A DNA stretch of 64,000 nucleotides. Source: a virus. Lineage: Duplodnaviria; Caudoviricetes. How positions within the stretch are numbered: the stretch's first letter is position 1; each line of letters starts with the position of its first letter. The stretch lies in the IMG/VR virus record IMGVR_UViG_3300035661_000005; one strand, given 5' to 3'. A program made the translations under genes and the position numbers. The notes beneath the pieces are model-generated. The model had not been told where the DNA came from, made no database searches, and worked only from the letters and a program-made list of their open reading frames with translations. Of the stretch, positions 34,007 to 42,984 are shown piece after piece.

Positions 34007-36418
34007 ATGTCCCAGTCCCCGACCCAGCTTGGAGCCTCATTCTGGTGGAGGTGTGACCAGGGCCTTTCGCTAGACGGGTCCAACCTCGTCACGTCTTGGC
34101 TGGACGTGATCGCGGGGAAGTACCTGATTCAGCCCCAGGTGGCGGGCCGTCCTGGGATCACGTCGGGTCGCTACACGACGACGGCCGTCAACTTCGATGT
34201 ACCGGGTGCATACAACCCGGGGCTCTATGCAGGCGCTACGTCCTCCTCGGCAGACTCGGCAGCCAACTGGGGCTTCCTTCACAAGGGGACCACCTGGCAC
34301 ATCTTCGTCTGCGGCCGGATGACGAACATCAACGCGGCCCGCAACGGGTCAGGCAGCCGCGCGCTCATCAACAACTTCGCGAACGTCGGCGGCTCCGGGT
34401 ACAACGGGGCCTGGCTCTCGTGGAGCAAGTCGACGGGCCAGGTACAGAGCCGTATCTACAACAACAACTCGGCCATCATCGCCGGGAACACGGGGGCATT
34501 GGACCCCACGGTGTCCCCAGGCACCCTCTTCGAGTACAGGCTCCAGGACGACGGAAGCACGGGAGCCGACCTTTTCACCGTCGCGAACGCAGTCGCGATC
34601 AACTCGGCAGCCCGTTCCGGTGCCTACGCTGCAGGCAACGGCGGCGTCCTGATGGTCGGGTGTGATGGCAGCGGTGGGTACACGAGCCCGAACCAGTACG
34701 CCTACCCTTGGGGTGGGTACATCGAGGACATCGTCATCTTCAACGGCAGCGTCCTCACGGGGACGAGCCTTCAGGATCTCCGTGACTGGTTCATGGAGAA
34801 TAGGGGCGTCCCTCACGGGCTTGCGCTCGCTCAGGGCAACGTCACCCCGTCATTCACCCTGACCGGCACGCCGATCGAGATCTACGGCCCTAATGGTGCG
34901 GTCGTCTCCTCGTTCGACACGTCGGCCAACCTTCAGGGTACCCAGCAGCTCAGCGCGAACTTCTCCTTCAGCCTCGACACGAACGTCAACGAGATGGTGG
35001 TTAAGGCCATGGTGGGTCACACCACCATGGCCTTCGGCCCAGACGCCAACCTGCAGGGATCCATCAATCTGAGCCCGGCCTTCCCGTGGGGGATGGAGCT
35101 GGACGGGATCCTCAGCCAGGAGCGTCTCGTTGGTGGCGATGCGGCCTTCTCGTTCGAGACTGAGGGTGGCCTTCCGGCCAGCTTTCCCGTGGCAGGTGAT
35201 GCCCCGTTTGCCTTCAGTAGCGACGGGCAGGTGGAATTCATCTTCAAGGGGGTCATCGGCAACGCCCATACGCAATTCGAGCCCTGGGGCTTCCTAGATG
35301 GAACCCCCTTGATGGGGAACGTCGCCTTCGACTTCAAGCCCTCCAAGAGCATGGCCCTCATCATGCCCTTGAAGCAGGACATCGGTGTCGGTTTCGACCT
35401 TGAGGGGGATCTGGCCGCCGCCGCCAACTTGGAGGGGATCGCAACCTCGTCCTTCGTACCGGCTGCGGCTCTGGGCATCATCCAGCCCGGTTGCGGGAAC
35501 GCGACCTTCGGCTTCGATCCCGAAGGCTACTGCGGGACCGTCTTTCACCTAGCGGGTGCGGCCGTCTTCGCTTTCAATGCCACGGGCGACCTCGTCCCGT
35601 CCGTCACGCACACGGACATCTCCGGGGAAGCCGTGGGCTACGGCGACCTGATCGGAGACGTGTCGTACATCGACGGTATCGCCGGGGAGGCGCACGCCTG
35701 GGGAGACGTGGCCGGGGCGCTGAATGTAGCGAACGTCATCGGAGGGACGGCCGTCGGGGCGGGGGACATTCAGGCGTCTTTTACAGATACGATCATCTTC
35801 GGGGGTGTCATCAGCGGCGTAGGTATCCTGCTGGATCCCTACGAGGTGACGTCCATGGGGACTGTGGGCGGGACGGGGGACGTGATGGGCACGCTCGATG
35901 CCCAGGCTCTGCTCTTCGCCCGGCCCATGGTAGGTTTTGGAAGCCTCGGCTGGGCGGTTCCGGACCCTACGGTTGGTGCAGGGACGGTGGCCGCCTTCAT
36001 GGAGGTGGAGCACCTTCCGGAGCCGATCTGCTGTCCGTGCGCGAAGCCCCCTAAGCAGTTCCGGTGGGGGCAGGAGCTTACGAACGGGGATCTGACTTTC
36101 GCCCTGTGCGATACGGCAGGCAACCCCTTCTCGCCTCAGGTGATCAGCTACGCGATCTACAAGGTCATGAAGGGTGGGCAGTATAAGCAGCTCATCGGCC
36201 CGCCCGTTCGGCACCCGGTCATGGCGAAGGTCGGCTGCTACTACGCGGTCATCTCCCTCGACTGCGGGCAGCCGGGCGACTGGGTTATCGTTTGGACCTA
36301 TCAGCGGCACTGGTGGACCAAGCCGGAATGCGTGGAGGAGCCCTTCCGGGTGCTCGATGCCGTCCTCGCTGGCGGACCGGACTCGCTTCCCAGGTGCAAG
36401 AAGTTCGGGTGGGACTAA
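34007..36418 (+). CDS. Mosaic virion protein: LamG/ConA-like head, beta-repeat shaft, Ig-like C-terminus
   Basis: LGASFWWRCDQG...VTSWLD...GGYIEDIVIFN is LamG-like. About 12 spaced F.F...G.L units are followed by G.A.G.GD units. The C-terminal GCYYA...PGDWVIVWTY is Ig-like. Confidence 0.65.
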   Translation: MSQSPTQLGASFWWRCDQGLSLDGSNLVTSWLDVIAGKYLIQPQVAGRPGITSGRYTTTAVNFDVPGAYNPGLYAGATSSSADSAANWGFLHKGTTWHIFVCGRMTNINAARNGSGSRALINNFANVGGSGYNGAWLSWSKSTGQVQSRIYNNNSAIIAGNTGALDPTVSPGTLFEYRLQDDGSTGADLFTVANAVAINSAARSGAYAAGNGGVLMVGCDGSGGYTSPNQYAYPWGGYIEDIVIFNGSVLTGTSLQDLRDWFMENRGVPHGLALAQGNVTPSFTLTGTPIEIYGPNGAVVSSFDTSANLQGTQQLSANFSFSLDTNVNEMVVKAMVGHTTMAFGPDANLQGSINLSPAFPWGMELDGILSQERLVGGDAAFSFETEGGLPASFPVAGDAPFAFSSDGQVEFIFKGVIGNAHTQFEPWGFLDGTPLMGNVAFDFKPSKSMALIMPLKQDIGVGFDLEGDLAAAANLEGIATSSFVPAAALGIIQPGCGNATFGFDPEGYCGTVFHLAGAAVFAFNATGDLVPSVTHTDISGEAVGYGDLIGDVSYIDGIAGEAHAWGDVAGALNVANVIGGTAVGAGDIQASFTDTIIFGGVISGVGILLDPYEVTSMGTVGGTGDVMGTLDAQALLFARPMVGFGSLGWAVPDPTVGAGTVAAFMEVEHLPEPICCPCAKPPKQFRWGQELTNGDLTFALCDTAGNPFSPQVISYAIYKVMKGGQYKQLIGPPVRHPVMAKVGCYYAVISLDCGQPGDWVIVWTYQRHWWTKPECVEEPFRVLDAVLAGGPDSLPRCKKFGWD

Positions 36419-36424
36419 ACTGAT

Positions 36425-36435
36425 ACTGTTCTCGT
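36425..36435 (+). promoter_or_regulatory. Degenerate late-promoter motif ACTGTTCTCGT
   Basis: 15 nt before ATG36451, the same spacing as the 4217 and 6746 copies. Confidence 0.35.
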
Positions 36436-36450
36436 TCCACAGGTGACTAG

Positions 36451-37344
36451 ATGGGAACCGCGTTTTACAGGGGGCAGCAGCTGGGCCGGGGGGATCTCTC
36501 GATCTACTTCACGAACGCCTCTGGGACACCCTCGGATGCGGCCGAGATCACCTACGCGGTCTTCGACTTCACGACTGGCCAGGAGGTGCTCGTCGGGCCG
36601 AACCGTCGGCAGCCGGTGAGCGCGGCGGTTGGAGAGTACTACGCCTCCATCATCGTCCCGCTCGATGCGAACCTCGGGAGGTACAGGGTCCGTTGGACCT
36701 TCCGCGAGCTTCTCGGTGGGCCGATTCAGCAGGTCGTTCAGGAATTCGAAGTCATCGACAAGGGCACGACGCAGGTCATTACGACCTACTCCACGTGCGT
36801 CCTCGATCTCGTGGGGCGTCTACGCACGCTCCTCCGGGACAACAACCCCGACCGTAACTACCACTTCAGGCCACCGACGCACGAGGAGACGATCAACCAG
36901 TTCAACCGGGTCTTCGGCTACATCTGGGAAGATGCCGAGCTGGTCCAGTTCCTGGAGGCGGCGCTCAATACGATCGAGCTGTCTCCGCCCCTAACGCCCA
37001 TGGGTTCCTTGGAAGTCCTGTGTCAGCGGTGGTCGAGCTGGAGGACTGTCCTCCTGACGGGGGCCATGATCCACGCCCTCCAGGCGCTCCGTATCAACTG
37101 GATCGCGGATGAATTCGACTACAGCATCGGCGGTGTTAGCCTGACGATCGACAAGTCGTCCAAATACGAGGGCGCCCTCTCCACGAGCGTCGACCAGTTC
37201 GACAAGCAGCTCGAAAAGGCGAAGGCCACCGTCAACATCGTCCGCGGCCTCCAGCAGCCCCGGTACGGCGTCGGTATCCGCTCCGCGTTCGGCCCCTACG
37301 TCGGCCGCGGCGTGCTCAGCCCCCGTAAATTCGTGGGGTTGTAA
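36451..37344 (+). CDS. Head-tail adaptor/neck protein (N-terminal Ig-like domain plus helical connector domain)
   Basis: RLRTLLRD...FGYIWEDAELVQFLEAALN...GAMIHAL...EFDYSIGGVSLTIDKSSKY resembles gp6/gp13-type adaptors. Position precedes other neck genes. Confidence 0.55.
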   Translation: MGTAFYRGQQLGRGDLSIYFTNASGTPSDAAEITYAVFDFTTGQEVLVGPNRRQPVSAAVGEYYASIIVPLDANLGRYRVRWTFRELLGGPIQQVVQEFEVIDKGTTQVITTYSTCVLDLVGRLRTLLRDNNPDRNYHFRPPTHEETINQFNRVFGYIWEDAELVQFLEAALNTIELSPPLTPMGSLEVLCQRWSSWRTVLLTGAMIHALQALRINWIADEFDYSIGGVSLTIDKSSKYEGALSTSVDQFDKQLEKAKATVNIVRGLQQPRYGVGIRSAFGPYVGRGVLSPRKFVGL

Positions 37345-37394
37345 CCTCAGCATTGAGGTAAAAGCTGAGAGCGTGTCCCCTCTCGGTGTAGGGG

Positions 37395-37784
37395 ATGGTT
37401 GGGATGAGCGTCACCCAGCTGATTCGGAGGATGCTACGGGAGGATCGTCCTCCTCAGCGGAACAAGCTCGTTCTACACCCTTGCCTATGTGGCTTCCGTG
37501 CCGAGTCCAGGCAGCGGATGCTGACGCACCGGCGTCAGTGCATGGATTGGAAGTACCGGAAGGACCCGGTCGGCCTGGCGAATTACCGCCGGTGGAAGAC
37601 GGAGAACCAGGGAAACCCGAACGCCCTCACGTGCCCCCTCTGTAAGCGGAAGACGAACCATCACGCCTTGACGTGTCCGGAGGGATTTGAGGAGAAGGAA
37701 CGTTGGGCCGCTGTGGAGCGGAATGGGATCCCCAAGCACCTCTTTAAGACCATCCTCCGCGAATTGGCCAAGCGGTACGTCTGA
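37395..37784 (+). CDS. Small zinc-binding protein
   Basis: CLCG...H...C and CPLC...HALTC. Lower GC3. Follows the hairpin ACCTCA-GCAT-TGAGGT (37344-37359). The start may be 37404. Confidence 0.55.
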   Translation: MVGMSVTQLIRRMLREDRPPQRNKLVLHPCLCGFRAESRQRMLTHRRQCMDWKYRKDPVGLANYRRWKTENQGNPNALTCPLCKRKTNHHALTCPEGFEEKERWAAVERNGIPKHLFKTILRELAKRYV

Positions 37785-37794
37785 AAGTTCTTAT
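37784..37794 (+). promoter_or_regulatory. Putative late-promoter motif AAAGTTCTTAT
   Basis: Overlaps the previous stop codon, 37 nt before ATG37832. Confidence 0.45.
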
Positions 37795-37831
37795 GCGATC
37801 ATCCGAGTGAGGCACACATTCGGAGAACGCC

Positions 37832-38746
37832 ATGCCTGTTGCACCCGCCAAAATCGTTCATCGCTACCTTGCTGCTCGGTCGGCCCACGACGATGCCCGG
37901 TTCCAGCCGCCCAAGTGGCTCGTGGCGGCGGTCGACTCGGGGGAGATCCAGGTCGAGTGCCTCAACGTCTGGAAGTACGTCACCGACCAGCTCGGCAATC
38001 ACTTCGACTACGGCGCCGCCGTCAAGTACTGGCGGAACAAGTGCCTCAAGATGGGGTACGCGATCCCCGAGAAGTTCATCGAGGGTGGTGGTGGCGAGGG
38101 TGCCGCTGGGCCGTGGCGGGTCAAGACCGGCGACCAGATCGAGGAGTGGGTGAAGGCCACCCTCAAGTCGCATGGCCTCCTCGCGGACGTGGGTCGTTCG
38201 GTCCACGACTGGCAGATGGAGATCGGCAGCCTGGAGCGTGAGGTCGCCGAGGCCCAGGGTCGCGTGGACAAGCACCTGGCCGCGATGGCGGGTGGCAAGG
38301 TCAATGCCCAGCGCAAGAAGTGGCTGGACAGCGCCCAGGCGGACCTCATCAGGTTCAGCAAGCAGCTGAGCGAGGCCAACGACGAGATGCAGAAGCTCGT
38401 CAAGACGGCGGCCCGCTATGAGAAGCACAAGAGCCCGACGCTGGAATTCGAGAAGGAGTTCCAGTTCATGATGCTCGTGGCGTCCAAGGACTTCGACAAG
38501 AAGCAGATCCTGGAAGCCGTCTCGAAGGCGATCGAACGCTTCGAGACGGGCATGGAGATCCCGGACGCGGGACCGGGGGACGACTCCGCGAGGTACCAGG
38601 GCTACAAGGCGGCGGGCATCGGCGACCTCCTCGACAAGGCCATCAACTGGCTGAAGAGCGCCTGGGCGCTCTTCACCGGCTGGATCGCGGACCTCGCGGG
38701 GACGACCAAAAAGCTCGACAAGATGCTCAGCGAGGCCGGCGCCTAA
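37832..38746 (+). CDS. Helical/coiled-coil protein, possible internal head protein
   Basis: SD GGAG. Coiled coil EIGSLEREVAEAQGRV...LSEANDEMQKL. RSAH, KTAA and KAAG motifs at its boundaries. Confidence 0.75.
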   Translation: MPVAPAKIVHRYLAARSAHDDARFQPPKWLVAAVDSGEIQVECLNVWKYVTDQLGNHFDYGAAVKYWRNKCLKMGYAIPEKFIEGGGGEGAAGPWRVKTGDQIEEWVKATLKSHGLLADVGRSVHDWQMEIGSLEREVAEAQGRVDKHLAAMAGGKVNAQRKKWLDSAQADLIRFSKQLSEANDEMQKLVKTAARYEKHKSPTLEFEKEFQFMMLVASKDFDKKQILEAVSKAIERFETGMEIPDAGPGDDSARYQGYKAAGIGDLLDKAINWLKSAWALFTGWIADLAGTTKKLDKMLSEAGA

Positions 38747-39078
38747 TCCTCCGGATCCAGGCCGACGTCCAACCGAGCGAGTCCCTTACGGACTCGCTCG
38801 GTTGCCTTCTTGGCCTCCCTCACGGCTTCGTGAGAGCCCACCTCGGCCGCCAAGCGCCGGCCTTCCGAGCCCTTCACGACCGCCGAGTCGAAATAACAGA
38901 TCAGGTCGTCCACGGTTGCGAAGAAAATGAACCTGGTGTAGTCCGGTGGGAGCCCCGACCGGCTTGTGGTGATGTGGGGTTCCCACCCGTACTGGGTGGA
39001 GACCCGATTGAGGGCGTGGAGCCCTCCTTCCGTAGCCCGATCCAGGGCTACGCGCAGATCAGTGACGTTGACGGGCAT
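38743..39078 (-). CDS. Hypothetical protein, the only convincing minus-strand gene
   Basis: Strong SD AGGAGG 8 nt before ATG on the minus strand. Fills the gap between + strand genes, and its stop overlaps the convergent stop. Confidence 0.7.
   Translation of the reverse strand: MPVNVTDLRVALDRATEGGLHALNRVSTQYGWEPHITTSRSGLPPDYTRFIFFATVDDLICYFDSAVVKGSEGRRLAAEVGSHEAVREAKKATERVRKGLARLDVGLDPED
38770..38804. terminator. 15-bp perfect hairpin, probable bidirectional terminator
   Basis: CAACCGAGCGAGTCC-CTTAC-GGACTCGCTCGGTTG, next to the convergence point. Confidence 0.65.
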
Positions 39079-39140
39079 AGACGAAACCTCCTGCGTGGAC
39101 TACAAGGCCACCGTAGGTGGGATCAACCAGGGAGATCCAA

Positions 39141-39461
39141 ATGAGCGACCAGACGAAGAAGCTGTCCCCGAGCGACCCCGTGACCCAGGAAGACCGGGAG
39201 AAGCTCAACAAGTTGGCCGAGGCGCAGTACGACATCGCCCTCCAGGTGTACGAGCTGGAGCAGCGCAAGGTGCAGCTCCTCGTCGCCGGGCGTCAGGTCG
39301 ACGGCGAGCGCTCGAAGCTCTTCGAGAAGATTCTCATGGATCGCGGGCTTCCGCCGAACGTGGCCGTCGAGATCGATGCCACCTCGGGGCTCATCAAGAT
39401 CCTACGCTCGGGTCAGCCGCCCGCTCCGATGGCGCAGCCGCCCGCTCCGCCATCGGAGTGA
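39141..39461 (+). CDS. Small coiled-coil protein
   Basis: SD GGAG before ATG39141. Helix EKLNKLAEAQYDIALQVYELEQRKVQL. Confidence 0.7.
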   Translation: MSDQTKKLSPSDPVTQEDREKLNKLAEAQYDIALQVYELEQRKVQLLVAGRQVDGERSKLFEKILMDRGLPPNVAVEIDATSGLIKILRSGQPPAPMAQPPAPPSE

Positions 39462-39463
39462 CG

Positions 39464-39474
39464 GTTTCTCTTGT
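39464..39474 (+). promoter_or_regulatory. Putative late-promoter motif GTTTCTCTTGT
   Basis: Immediately 5' of an RBS-sequestering hairpin, 30 nt before ATG39505. Confidence 0.55.
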
Positions 39475-39475
39475 C

Positions 39476-39504
39476 CGCGGCTACCTTTTGAGGGGGTAGC
39501 CGCG
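39476..39504 (+). promoter_or_regulatory. Hairpin occluding the ribosome-binding site of the neck gene
   Basis: 10-bp perfect stem CGCGGCTACC / GGTAGCCGCG. The loop and 3' arm contain the SD (GAGGGGG), and the stem ends at the base before ATG39505. Confidence 0.7.
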
Positions 39505-40866
39505 ATGCCGTACGCCACGAATCGGGACCGTTCGACGCCGACGCTGGAGACCACGAAGACCCCGTGGCCTGTGGCGCCGCTCAACGTGTTCCTGACTTCT
39601 GGTTGGGCACCCGGGGCCTATGACATCCGGTGGGACGACCCGTCGGTCCTTGCCCTCAACAGCCGATGGATGATCACCGGCGTCAACATCTACAGAAGCT
39701 TCGACTCGGAATTCGGACCCTTTCACAGGGTCACGGACATCCCGGTCGGGTCAACGTTCTGGCGTGATCGGACGGACATCGAGCTGATCGAGGACGAATT
39801 GGTCACGCCAGACCGTTGGGTTTACTTCGGCCCGCCGGCTAACGAGTCTCGCTTCCCGCAGTACGTGTTCCAAACGCAGTACGATCCGATCGTGAAGTCG
39901 GGCTCCCAGGGGATCCCAGCCAACACGCCGGATGACGTCTTCGTCTGGATCAACAACCAGCGGGCTCGTGTCCATGCTGTCCGGGGTCAGGCGGGGGAGA
40001 TCACGCTCGATCCGCGTGAATTCCCGAACGTGGCGCTCCAGAACTTCGATCCCGCCGTGGTCCCAGCAGCCCCCGATGCCGATGTGCGGGTGACGTACCG
40101 CCGGCTCAAGTCCCTTCTAAGGACCGACCTCGCCCAGCGGGTCTTCTACCGTATCTGCACGGTCGCCCTACCATCTGGGTGCGACCTCTCGTGCATCACC
40201 CCGAACGACTTCGTCGAGACGCCCCTGGAGCATGCGGCATCGACCTCGAATTACGAGATCGAGAAGCTGGACTACATGTGGCGGGAGAGCATCCGTCGGA
40301 ACCGCTGGATCCTAGAGCAGGGTGGCGAGCGGGTTCGGGTGTTCCTCCAGAAGCATGTGGGTCTCACGTGTGTCTGCATTCCGGACGGGTTGCACAAGCA
40401 GCCGCAGGCGGACTGCCTACGTTGCTTCGGGACGGGCGTCCTCGGGGGTTACGAGGGGCCGTACGAGACGATCATCGCCCCGGACGATGCTGAGCGGCGG
40501 ATCGCGCAGAAGGACATCGGGCGTACAGTCGAGCACACCTACGAGGTCTGGACCGGGCCGATCCCACTGCTCTCCATGCGGGACTTCCTGGTGAAGATCA
40601 ACGGGGAGCGCTACTCGATCGGTCCCGTCCGGATGCCTACGAACAGGGGCATGGTGCTCCAGCAGCACTTCAACATCGGGCATCTCGACGAGAAGGACAT
40701 CCGGTACAAGGTGCCGATGGACGACCCGGTTCGGTTCGCGGCGACGCAGTTCGCTCCGGCTCCGCCCGAGGAGGGTGGTCCAACGCCGATCACGGACAAG
40801 GACAACATCCCGGATGAGCGTGAGCTGCGCGGCCGTACGCTTGCCTGGGAGAACATCGAGTACTGA
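39505..40866 (+). CDS. Head closure/neck (head completion) protein
   Basis: N-terminal FnIII-like GVNIYRS domain. C-terminal ESIRRNRWILEQGGERVRVF...C.C...DC..CFGTG..GGY, then PLLSMRDFLV..NGERYSIG, a gp14/SPP1 gp16-like beta barrel. Confidence 0.6.
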   Translation: MPYATNRDRSTPTLETTKTPWPVAPLNVFLTSGWAPGAYDIRWDDPSVLALNSRWMITGVNIYRSFDSEFGPFHRVTDIPVGSTFWRDRTDIELIEDELVTPDRWVYFGPPANESRFPQYVFQTQYDPIVKSGSQGIPANTPDDVFVWINNQRARVHAVRGQAGEITLDPREFPNVALQNFDPAVVPAAPDADVRVTYRRLKSLLRTDLAQRVFYRICTVALPSGCDLSCITPNDFVETPLEHAASTSNYEIEKLDYMWRESIRRNRWILEQGGERVRVFLQKHVGLTCVCIPDGLHKQPQADCLRCFGTGVLGGYEGPYETIIAPDDAERRIAQKDIGRTVEHTYEVWTGPIPLLSMRDFLVKINGERYSIGPVRMPTNRGMVLQQHFNIGHLDEKDIRYKVPMDDPVRFAATQFAPAPPEEGGPTPITDKDNIPDERELRGRTLAWENIEY

Positions 40867-41393
40867 TGGGCAAGCTCGGCAACTTCTCCGCTAAGCAGAT
40901 GCCGTCGCTGGTCCTTTCGACCACCTACGGCAAGCCGCTCCTGCGTGGGGCCGTCTCCGACCTGGTGGATCCCCACCGGATCATGGCCCGCTTCCAGCGG
41001 ACTCTCCTGAACCGGCTCAAGAAGTTCATCCTTCAGGCGACCTTCTCGGACGCGGCGAAGCGCCGGCTTTCCAAGGCGATCAAGGTCAAGCTCAAGGGCA
41101 ACAGCATCCAGGTCACGACGAGGGACCCGGCCTGGCGTCCCCTCGTGGAGGGGCAGAAGCCTGGGCAGATGCGGTGGCTCATTCGGGCGCGGGCACCGAT
41201 CCCGATCGTGACGGATACGGGGAAGGTCATTTTCCGTTCCGCCACGGCCAAATCGATGAAGAACGGGAGGTGGTACCACCCGGGGCGCCCTCGTCAGAAC
41301 ATCATCGAGAAGGCCAAGGAGGAGGCTCGCAAGATCCTCCGAGAGCGCGTAAAGTCCGAGTTTGCCAAACAGCTCAGGGACTCGTTGAGATGA
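40866..41393 (+). CDS. Basic virion morphogenesis (HK97 gp10/tail completion-like) protein
   Basis: TGATG overlap. Very basic, with WYHPG.P.QNIIEKA.EE..K ending typical of this class. Neck position. Confidence 0.5.
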   Translation: MGKLGNFSAKQMPSLVLSTTYGKPLLRGAVSDLVDPHRIMARFQRTLLNRLKKFILQATFSDAAKRRLSKAIKVKLKGNSIQVTTRDPAWRPLVEGQKPGQMRWLIRARAPIPIVTDTGKVIFRSATAKSMKNGRWYHPGRPRQNIIEKAKEEARKILRERVKSEFAKQLRDSLR

Positions 41394-41947
41394 TGATTGG
41401 CGACGTCACCGTGGTGGGGATCGACACGTCCCCCGTAGTCCTAGAAGACATCGGCATGGACGTGCCGCATGCACAGGCCGTCACGATCCCTGCGGACAAG
41501 GCGACCATGTCGAAAGATCTCTGGCGGGCGATCGGGCAGCGGAGGCTCTTTCAGCTACATACGGGTCCGATCCCGACCCGACCTCAGGTGGCTCGGGTCT
41601 CCCCGGACGCCGACCGGGTCAAGCAGCTAGAGGCAGAGAACCAGCAGCTCCATGAGCGGGTCCGGCAGCTAGAGGCCCAGGTAGCGGACAGCTCCAAGCT
41701 CGACCAGATCCTCGCCGCCATCCAGCAGGGGGGTGTCACGGTCGCGGCGGCCCCTGGGCGCCTCGTCCCGTCCGCCAAAGAGGCTTTGCCGGGCGTTGTG
41801 GAGGTGGACGTGCCTGTGTTCATCCCATCCGTGAAATCGGCCGACGTGTCCGAGACGCGGCTAGGGGTGCAGGCCGAGTCCTCCGACGGGGCATCCCTGG
41901 GGTCGGCGGCTGAGGCGCTGCGGAAGATGCGGCGGGCTGGCCGATAA
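41390..41947 (+). CDS. Coiled-coil protein
   Basis: Overlapping start. Heptads RVKQLEAENQQLHERVRQLEAQV. C-terminal amphipathic helix SAAEALRKMRR. Confidence 0.7.
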   Translation: MMIGDVTVVGIDTSPVVLEDIGMDVPHAQAVTIPADKATMSKDLWRAIGQRRLFQLHTGPIPTRPQVARVSPDADRVKQLEAENQQLHERVRQLEAQVADSSKLDQILAAIQQGGVTVAAAPGRLVPSAKEALPGVVEVDVPVFIPSVKSADVSETRLGVQAESSDGASLGSAAEALRKMRRAGR

Positions 41948-41981
41948 TCCTCTTCGATTTTCACGCCCGTAGGAGAATCCC

Positions 41982-42236
41982 ATGCACCCCCGTCAAGCCT
42001 CACTCCTCACCGAAGCCAGGACCCTCGTCGAGAAGACCGCCGCCAAGACCAGGGGCGGGGCGCCGATGCTCTACAGGTACACGGATCCGGACAACGGGAT
42101 GGACTTCTACCTCCCGGAGAAGAGGACCACGGTGAAGAGCCCCTGGTCGGGCAAGAGCTTCTCCGCCAAGCCCGAGAAGGACAGCCTCTCGGACGTCGGC
42201 AAGGAGCTGAAGGACGACGCTAAGAGGGCGAAGTGA
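41982..42236 (+). CDS. Small hypothetical protein
   Basis: SD AGGAG. Preceded by the motif variant AATCCTCTTCG (41946-41956). RQAS and KTAA near the N-terminus. Confidence 0.7.
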   Translation: MHPRQASLLTEARTLVEKTAAKTRGGAPMLYRYTDPDNGMDFYLPEKRTTVKSPWSGKSFSAKPEKDSLSDVGKELKDDAKRAK

Positions 42237-42952
42237 TGGACGAGACGACCCGCACTCTTTGGGTCGACCCTATCCATCACGATCCGTTGACGGATGGGCC
42301 GCCCTATCTCCCCGGACACCTGGGCGGGAAGGTGGCACGCATGGTCAACGCATCCGACCGGGCGCTGGCTCGTCAGGTTCTAAAGCAGGCCGAGGCGATG
42401 ATCGGCATGGACGTCGCCGTCGCCTTCCAGCACTGCCTGTCTGAGTACGGTGGTGCGCCCTCCTCGGAGATGGCCGTGCTTCTGGCCTGCATCCGGGCCG
42501 AGGTGATGATCCACCAGACGCACCACTGGCAGGCGCGTGGGCAGACGCAGTACGGGGATCACCTCCTGTTCGAGCGCGTCTACGACACGGTCAATGGTTT
42601 CGTCGACAAGATCGCTGAGAAGGCGGTCAGTACGGGGCACCTCGTCAACGTCGAGCCCCGGCTGCAGATGAGCCAGATGTCGGCGTTCATCAAGATCTTC
42701 TACTCCGATGCTCCGGTCAGCCCCGGGCCGGAGGAGATGGTCCTGCTCTCGTTGCGGACGCTGTCGAAGTCCGCGCTCGTCCTCGTCTACGCCTACAAAT
42801 CGCTCGAGGCGAAGGGGCAGCTCCTCCTCGGGACGGACAACCTCCTTCAGGGCGTGGCAGACGAGCAGGAGGGTCTGGTGTACCTCCTCAAGCAGCGGAG
42901 CATGGTTCGGATGGCCTCCGTTCCCCCCAACGGGGCGGCCTGGAAGCGGTGA
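42233..42952 (+). CDS. Ferritin/Dps-like four-helix-bundle protein with an N-terminal extension
   Basis: HQTHHWQARGQTQYGDHLLFERVYD...VDKIAEKAV matches the Dps/DUF5856 H..HW...G....H..F..Y....D..AE signature. C-terminal helix NLLQGVADEQEGLVYLL. Confidence 0.8.
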   Translation: MMDETTRTLWVDPIHHDPLTDGPPYLPGHLGGKVARMVNASDRALARQVLKQAEAMIGMDVAVAFQHCLSEYGGAPSSEMAVLLACIRAEVMIHQTHHWQARGQTQYGDHLLFERVYDTVNGFVDKIAEKAVSTGHLVNVEPRLQMSQMSAFIKIFYSDAPVSPGPEEMVLLSLRTLSKSALVLVYAYKSLEAKGQLLLGTDNLLQGVADEQEGLVYLLKQRSMVRMASVPPNGAAWKR

Positions 42953-42984
42953 CCAGGGGAACACCCAGATCAGAGAGGTATCGA

